A stretch of DNA of 59,104 nt, filler included, from Sphacelaria rigidula (lineage: Eukaryota), in NCBI GenBank assembly GCA_964200075.2. It is 7 parts of 7 records of this genome, joined end to end, with 100 filler letters (N's around TTAATTAATTAA, not from the genome) between each part and the next. Parts side by side here need not be neighbours in the genome. Positions count along the whole stretch, not along the records: positions 50,748 to 59,104 come from CAXNAA020011406.1; 6 more parts are not named here. One strand, written 5' to 3'. A model generated the notes under the pieces. The model had not been told where the DNA came from and did not search any database. It saw only the letters and a program-made list of their open reading frames with translations. Below, piece after piece: positions 51,537 to 59,104 of this stretch. The first letter of the stretch is position 1. Every line of letters begins with the position of its first letter. The position numbers and the translations under genes were made by a program.

Positions 51537-54500
51537 CTGTAGAATCTTGATTGCGAGCAGAAAACTGAAAAGTAGCTTGTGGGTCTCGAACAGGCTTCTG
51601 CACACGTTGACGTACACCGCAGCCGTAAAGCAGTCGCACAAATTCTGCAACCTCCCCTCCAAATCCGGCGCGGGGGGTGTCAAGCCGATGGACTTGCAGA
51701 AAAGCGTGTTGAACCAAGGCAGCGCGTACTGATACATCGGGTCGATCTGCCCGGGGGGTGAAGGAGGTGAAAGGTGCGGAGGAGTATGTGCGCAATACTG
51801 TGCGCGTGAGTCGATGGTATCGATAATGTCGCCAGAACATGCAGCAGTATACTATGGTTTCACATCGATGAATGCTCACGAGCCGTTTGTACAGTCAGCG
51901 TCGGAAACGCAAACGCGAGCCTAGAAATCCCGAGTGAGCAGCACAAGCTCCTTCCCGTCTTCGCACCCCACAAAAATGAGCACGTGCGAAAGGGAACGTG
52001 TGTGGACCAGCAAAATCGCGATTTGAGGAGGCAAAAGGTTCAGCAGACGGGGACAAAAAGCGCGCGAGCAGGAAATCGACACCACCTTGTGTGTCCTCAC
52101 TCTATCTTGATCATTTCTTGACAATACCTCGACTATATCTTCACCATATATTTTACTCTTTTTTTTTCTTTCTTTTTCTCCTTCTTTTTTCTTGAAGATC
52201 GATCATTTCTTTCTATGCTTTGCTTTTATGTTGTCTCTTTCTTTTTTTTTCTCACGCCTTCGTCTACTATGTCGTTCTGTTCGACTTTGTCTGTTCCTTT
52301 TTTTTCTTTAGCGAGTGCTTTCAGTTTTGAGTTGTGTTTGTTGTTGAGTACGTCTACAATGTGACCACGGCTGGATCATGACTCCTGGGAGGTCAGTTAA
52401 AGTGCGGAAATCGATCAATCACTGAATCATATCTTGATTTTATCCTGACTATATACCTTCATTACAGTTCACTTTGTCTTCACTGCATGATCACGACGTG
52501 CGTTTTTGTTCATTGTAGCGAACTACAGGCCATGCAGCTGTCGCTTGGCTAAGCCCGGCCGGCAACATTCAGCACGATTCAGCGGCCAACAATCCAACCA
52601 CAGTGGTACACACAAGCGCCACACGTTGGACAAGGGTTTTTGTGCGAAACAATAACAACACCAACAACAACTGGAGTGGAGGACACCGAACCCACGTTCT
52701 CAACACTCTCGTAATTCGATAGTGAAGGGCAGCCCGTTCAGTCTTTGGGTACTGTATGCGTGGCAGAAGACGTTGGGGAAACGATACTAACTGCCTGCCC
52801 TAGAGTCATCCTGCGACAGGGGGCGTAGTATTTGATTGCGCGAAAAAAAAGGCCCATAGGCGAATCAAGCGACCTGCCACACTCGCGGTGCGCTTGTATT
52901 GGTTCAAAACGGTGTCAACCAGTGTGAATGAGCGTTGTATATCTTTAACAAGCTCGTTCGAACAACCATTGCTGCGTTCGAAGACGATTTGACTTGGAAT
53001 TTCGTGCAAGAATTGGCCCGAAATACCCCCCCCTCTCTTCGTAGCATACCTCCCTGGTGGTCTTCGTTGAAACGGTAAATCAACAATAACCCGGTTAGAG
53101 CAGTTGTACTGCTCAGAAAAGCGAGTAAGTCTTTGTCTACACCCATGAAGTAAGCAATGAGAAATACATACGGAATACAGCGGTGGCTCTGTATCTCTCG
53201 CGCAGATACCTTGTAGTTGGCCATATTGATTGATGCTCGTTGATTGATAAATTGATTGATAGAAGGTTGTCGCAGTTCGACAGAATCGTGAACCAATGCC
53301 GTCTATCCAGACCTGATCATTCAATTTTTCAAGCCTTGCTAGTCTTCTATAGGAACCACACACACACACATATATATATAGACGCATTTGGGGTCGAGCA
53401 CTGTTGTAACGTAAGCAGCAACATCTATCCGATGTTTCGGAACCAATTGAGCATTTCATCAGCGAGCACCATTGAAGCCGCAGTATGTACACACATCTCA
53501 ACTTCCAGTGACATCACGGCACTTACCACCGCCAAATCGGCGAGGCAGAAGTAGAGAAGGCTGGCCCGTTTCGCCACCGGCCGGTACTCGTTAGATCTCG
53601 CCTCTATTTCAATTTCTGTCTCTTCGGCCTCCTTCATCTTTACCTTGATCTCGGAAGATGTCACCTGCAGCCATCAGGAAGTTGGTGAGCAGAGAAACAT
53701 GCGCCATTCAGATAAACGTCTATTTCAACCAGCGCTGCGACCGAACCTACCAATATTATATATATACAAATATATAGCCGTCATCTATGTACTGTGGTTA
53801 CACGTTGCCTTCAATTAAAGGTTTTCGATTTTGTTCATGTACCTGTATTCATCAAGTATATTTTGTAGTTGTCCTGTACTCGCATAATGAAGATTACACA
53901 TATTTTCTTCTTGCCAACAACCAGCGCGATTGCGCAGTACAACACAGCTTCGAACTTATATTGATAGACGACCCTTGCAATCCTCGCTAAACGGCGCATC
54001 CGGTGTGCCCGTCACAGAACCCTTCCAGCTTTCCATCGGAAAGTGAAGATTGCCAGAGCTGTCCTCAGGAGTCTTTGCTGCACGACCACTGCTATCATGT
54101 TTTTGTCTTTGATGATGTTGGTGATGCTGTGTGTTCAGTATCTCTCCTTTTTTTACTATTGCCTCATAACTTAATGTACTTAGGATTACTGTTTTTCTCC
54201 TCATTATCGAATAGTTCCGCTGCCATCGCATTGACACGAAAACATCAAAGTCGCAATTCGAATCAGAACAACGGATAAAGAAAGAAACTGCGAATTTGAG
54301 TCAGCTACAAAATTAAGCAAACCGCAGAGCACTCCTGCTCCGGTTGCAGCTCTGACCAAAATCTCTACACTGTTTGTCAGCTTTGTCTTTCTTAAGAAAC
54401 TGAAGCCTAATAGTGTCGTGTTGGTTATTTGTCTCGTGACTGGCAACCAGGCGCTCCAAAGGCCGGACGTATCATGCCTTGATGCCTACCGCGTGTTATA

Positions 54501-55772
54501 ACGCGGTCGGGTTGCATTTCCATTCGCTAACCGACGTCGAAATTGGCGCCAGTACATCTTCCTGAAAAGTCGTCTAGTTCCCGCTGGCGTTTCGTCCACA
54601 TGATTCTCTACCGTACGGGTGCCTCGAACAAATTCGGAGATTAAGCTGCCAGTCTAGGAATCGAGCCCTTTCTCTCGACGATGGGCGCTTTTGTATAACT
54701 CACGGGTAAAAATATCGAAGATCCATCAGGGAAACTCACCTTTGCCTCAGCCAGAGTTTCAATAAGGGCCGTATTGTCCAGAATGTTTCCCTCGCTTTCA
54801 CTCAGCAACCGAAGGATTTGGCTCTCGATGTTGTACAGCTCGATATTCATGGCAGCCCCGTTGATCACAAGCTCCTCCTGGAAGGGATCGATTTGACAAG
54901 ACATGGTAAGCACGGTCAAGCGGCGCGCGGAACGTTAGGGACACGTTGGCTCGCCAAAATCATGCAACAATATCGACGCCGGCGATGAGGATGCTCCGAG
55001 CGTCATCGGGTGCGAACTCGGACGTGCGGTGAGAAACCTCAAACCTAGGGTTAGGGTTAGGGTTAGGATTAGGGTTACCTGCCTTGACGTATATTTTGCG
55101 CGTTTTGTTCTACAAGCAGTAGAAGAGGTGCACGGCTCTTTCAGTGGATACGGTGAGTCGTGCTACGATAGGGGGATAGGGGGGGGGTGTTCGATTCCGC
55201 GAAAAAATGGGTTCATAGGTTCGTCAGACGTCCCAACACACTCGCGGTGCGCTTGTATTTGGGTAGAAGCGATGTTAAACAGTATGAGGGAGCATTACAA
55301 CACGGAAGCAAGCGCGTTCGAACTACCGTTGCTGCTGTTAACGTCGACTGCGAGTAGGATTTCATGGAAAAAAACGGCCCAAAATATCCCCCCCCCCCCC
55401 GTTGCTCCGTCTCGAAAGGGATGCGTGGTCAATGGTCAAATGACTAAGGCAAGCAACAAATGAGTACGCCCCCCCATCGTAGCCTGGTCCGGCGAAAACC
55501 CGGCGTGCTCCGTCCCGGCTTTGTAGGGATGCGAGGTCAATGGTCAAACGACTAAGGCAAGCAACAAATGAGTACGCCCCCCCCATCGTAGAATTACTCC
55601 GGTGCACTGTTTTTCAATTGTTCTACGTGAACACCAGTCTTCTCTCTTGGATACAATCAAGCCCATAGTCGGGTTCCTTCGCAGTGAAGCGATCAAGAAA
55701 CAATTTCAAAACGTCCCAGACATCTGCAGAACAGTGCTCTACAAAACGGTTTCACGGCACCAGAGCACCTGG

Positions 55773-55804
<32 letters not shown>

Positions 55805-58800
55805 GGTATTGCTGTCTTCAAATTACACGTTACACGTTTCGACATCTGCGCGGTACATTCGTACTGGGCATCTGATGCGGACGCCTTCCGTGGTCACAGG
55901 CTAGCAAAAAACCGAAAAAATAAGTAGACCCAGATTAAAACTCACAAAACGCGATAGGAGCAAAACAGGGATAGAAAACAAAGAAAAAAAGAGAGTACAT
56001 ATCGCTAACCTCAGAAGATCTGCTGCCGCCGGTGGCCATTCGGACTTCAGGGGGTGGCACCCGGCTTTCCAACTCGACGCGCGACGCCAAGTAGAAATGA
56101 ACATGGGGTCCGACTACGGGCGAGACTTAAGGTCCCAAATACCGCCAACCAAAGAACTAAGAATCGCAAGGTTCCATCTTTCGACCTCTCGAGTGACAGC
56201 CATACGTACAAGCATCCCGGTGAAAAAGAATTATCGGTGGCGAGGTTCGACGTGCCTGTGTCCAAAACGCGGTGATCTTGCTGAACCCTAGGTTTAGTGA
56301 GAGAATACTCCCACATGTTCATGAGAGAAGATATCGCTTGAAACGGGCAACAGCAAAGTTGAACGTCGCTCTTTTTCGACCGAGCATCGCCACAATTCTC
56401 GGGGTATTGATTGATGAATTGATTCTGATTGATTGTCGCACATTTGCGGATCCCCGAAGGATCCAGCCGTGGTCACGGGATAGGGTGTAGTAGTGCGAAC
56501 AAAACAAAACACGAGAAGAAGGACACTCGAGACAGAAACAAGAGGACAAAACAGGAAAAATCGAACGAGCGGAGGTATCCGAACAAAAACCAGAGACAAA
56601 CAAAACGGTACAAAAAAGAAAACGAAGAAGGGAAAGGAAGAGGAGAAGCAAGGGGAACAAGAACGACGAACAACAGTCGGTCGCGTTTGGGGGGAAAAAT
56701 GACTCTCAAAACGAATAAAGAGAGGGAGAGAGAAAAAGGACGGAAGGAACATGGAGGGGAAACATGAAAGAAAAAACAAACAAGAGCCGACCTCTAGAGC
56801 ATGGTTTTACAACCATGTGAGGCAGAAACTCCACCTTTTTTGAGGCCAGATCCGGCAGTTCTTCCTTCACCGCCGTGTTGAGCAGCTGTTCTTCGAGACC
56901 TTTCACTGTAATCGTGAAATTCAGTAGCGACACTTTAACCTGGGACGAGCGACCGGTGTGAGGAGATGCGGGTGGCTTCAGCAGGCAAGCGCACCCACCT
57001 CGGCAGCCACGATGCTCCGCACGGAAAACAGCGAACACCCCAAAACTACAAAACTGTAAATATTTCACACCCTGGATGATGACAATATATGGTCAATAGA
57101 TGCAATAGACGACAAGTGTACTGCATAAAGTATAGGCCTATTGCGACTATTGCCGGCCGACAATAATCGCAATAGGCCTATATTTTATGCAGTACGTTCC
57201 TTGTCTATTGCAACTGCTGACCACATATTGTCCAAGTTGTGAGATATTTGGAGAGTAAAAACATCTGAGCGACTCTCATTTTCACAAAAATGATTACATG
57301 TGCCGTCCCAGTACCCGTAAGAATTGCATGATCCACAATAATTCTCAAAATATTCCAACATACACCCAGATAGCCAACCCATCGATAGAGCGCCGTTAAG
57401 GCGCCGCATGCGGCTCTTTCACTGGAGTCCCCGACACATGCGAGAAGTGCAATGATATTGAGTTTCGGAGTGCAATGATATCCGTCTCTTGGATACGAAG
57501 TGAGGATATTGAGTTTCAACGAGGCACGGGGACCTCGGTGACACGCGAAAATGTGTAGAGTTTAAAACGTCACGGCCGAATTTTCCCCCGTTTCTCGTGA
57601 CGCGCAAGAAACATCCCTCATTCCGCCTTTTTTTTCCTCAGTAGTGATCACCACTTGGTCGCTTAGAACCTTCCCGGAATTATATTACTGGATTCAAGTG
57701 TAAATACCGATATTCAGATCTTCAGTGGGACTGACAGCCCCAACTGTCCCTAGCCCGCGACGCGTTTTCGTCAAAGTCGGCGCCGCGCTAGGGAACGCTT
57801 TGCACCCCCCTCGCCCGAGGATTCTCGGTATGCCTTGGGTTGGGGTTGGGGTTAGGCTTAGCGTTAGTTCGACATAATGTGTTTCCGAGAAATTTCTTCA
57901 CCGACGAAGTGGCACACACCCCTGCCTTTGTCTTACTCTTGGTGAAAGCAGGAACCTGCCCTCAGTTCCGAACGAACCTGAATTTCAGGCGCGTATTCCG
58001 GATTCGGAAGCTTCGTAATAAGTAGTAGGCGAAAGTCCTCGTGGTAAGGAACGGTGTTGTCTCCGAGTCGGATCATGTCCTGCCCGCCCTGCTTGAACTT
58101 CTGCTGGAGCAGTATCGGCTCCAACGCCGCATCAAGCTCCTGCGGTGTTGTATTTAATTAAAACAATGTCAACAGAGGACGGTAACACAGTCGTGATGGA
58201 GTCGAAATGTACAGAGACTAATACGAACAGAAGTCCAGCGTGTAGAATCACTGCGCAGTCATCCATGGTAGCTGGAACGACGAGAGCACCCGTTCGGTTC
58301 ACATCTGATAGAACCAGTTTTAGTCAGTGTATATCATCTCCAAGTACTTACCATTCAGTGTTTTCGAGTATCCTATTTGGCGTATTTTCTTCTCGTGAAG
58401 CAAATGTGTCTCATTCTCCGGTGAGGATTCTTTGGACACAGGTAGCCATCAACATCGGCGGGGCAATACCCTGGCGAAACATTAAAAAGAGATCCGCGAA
58501 AGTCGGAAGGTTACTGTTAGTTCTGATATCCGGCGAGATGTTCACCAGTGAGACGCCTCTCGACTGATCCCGGATCGTTGTTGAGCGACAAATTTTGCGT
58601 TGCTTCGTCGCGTTGAAGACAGGTGCCACAAATACCTCAGACTACGAGCAAACGCAAAACGTCCTAGTAGATGGGTGCTTGAATGGGTCAAAACCGACGG
58701 AAAATTTCACACCCTGGACAATATGTGGCCAATAGATGCATTAGACGAGGAGTGTACTGCATAAGGTATAGGCCTAGTGCATCTATCGCCGGCTGACGAT

Positions 58801-59062
58801 AGACGCGATAGGCCTACACTTTATGCAGTACGTTTCTTGTCCGTTGCAACTGTTCACCATATGTTGTCCAAGGCGTGGAAAATTTCGACTCAATTTCCAT
58901 GTAAAAACCCGGGACCGTACCTCTCCGATGTTCTCGAGCAGCACCCACTTGCCGAAGCGTACTCCGTTCTCTAGGGTCTGCAACATCTTCTTATGGGTGA
59001 GTTTCGTCACGTCCATTCCGCTCTTGCACAGGGCCTGGTCCTTGCCCATGTTTTTCACAAAC
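51537..59062 (-). CDS. Axonemal dynein heavy chain (probably single-headed inner-arm type), six internal exons covering AAA5 and the strut
   Basis: Exons 59062-58921 (LENGVRFGKWVLLENIGE), 58139-57978 (ELDAALEPILL...TKLPNPEYAPE), 56939-56835 (LLNFTITVKGLEEQLL), 54877-54740 (SEGNILDN), 53664-53527 (YRPVAKRASLLYF) and 51746-51537 (IDPMYQYALPWF...VCRSLFETHKLLFSFLL). All have GT-AG boundaries and are in frame. Confidence 0.95.
52878..53060 (+). repeat. Dispersed repeat, second copy at about 55236-55620 interrupted by insertions
   Basis: Shared CACACTCGCGGTGCGCTTGTATT...GCTCGTTCGAAC..GGCCC.AAATA.CCCCCC..TCGTAG. Confidence 0.7.
55046..55077 (+). repeat. Interstitial (TTAGGG)n telomeric repeat
   Basis: TAGGGTTAGGGTTAGGGTTAGGATTAGGGTTA. 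A degenerate run also lies at about 57835-57867. Confidence 0.85.
55401..55591 (+). mobile_element. Tandem LINE 3' end (55401-55468) and full SINE-like partner (55481-55576) in one C-run
   Basis: The second insertion is flanked by the direct repeat CCCCCCCATCGTAG (55469-55482, 55578-55591). Confidence 0.88.
55772..56218 (-). mobile_element. RTE LINE 3' UTR with (CAA)n tail
   Basis: Near-collinear with 10297-10760. Confidence 0.85.
57066..57241. mobile_element. Palindromic MITE with 8-bp TSD (copy 1)
   Basis: CACACCCTGGA...TCCAAGTTGTG with TSD AAATATTT/AGATATTT and a central hairpin ATAGGCCTATTGCGA...TCGCAATAGGCCTAT. Confidence 0.8.
58708..58877. mobile_element. Palindromic MITE with 8-bp TSD (copy 2)
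   Basis: CACACCCTGGACAA...TTGTCCAAGGCGTG with perfect TSD GAAAATTT. Related TIRs at about 37194-37323. Confidence 0.85.
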
Positions 59063-59104
59063 CTGCGAAATGGTCCAAGAATATAACTATTTCGGTCACA
59101 AAGT

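Noticed and set aside
50944-51732. 262-aa plus-strand ORF
   Set aside because: It is an off-frame LINE end plus the antisense of a dynein exon.
54004-54446. Second TGT/CCGG-flanked TIR element
   Set aside because: The TIR match is only about 12 nt with mismatches, and the flanks differ (CCGG vs CCAGG).
36148-59062. Dynein, WW and RTF1 as a same-strand cluster or fusion
   Set aside because: They lie on different size-sorted contigs, and the WW and RTF1 exon phases are incompatible.

Overview
Eukaryotic, intron-rich and transposon-dense DNA, most consistent with a brown alga (inferred from intron style, TTAGGG repeats, an axonemal dynein and the retroelement families). The window is not one locus. 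It is seven contigs of 8359/8358/8358/8358/8357/8357/8357 bp joined by identical 100-nt N-TTAATTAATTAA-N spacers, i.e. a size-sorted concatenation, so adjacency across gaps has no meaning. Gene fragments: the 3' end of an unknown gene (C1), an orphan ChrR-like cupin exon (C2), a protein kinase C-lobe (C4), RTF1 (C5), a multi-WW protein (C6) and an axonemal dynein heavy chain (C7). Mobile DNA: a decayed Ty3/gypsy element with a nested pogo/mariner-type MITE, APE-type and RTE LINE pieces, a tRNA-derived SINE, hAT, Sola-like and Ginger-like MITEs, two foldback elements and a hAT transposase relic. The most interesting signal is an abundant LINE 3' end with no poly-A and almost no 3' UTR. It folds into a branched RNA inside the last codons, inserts mostly at C-runs, and is shared by a ~95-nt non-tRNA SINE-like element with a fixed 5' end.
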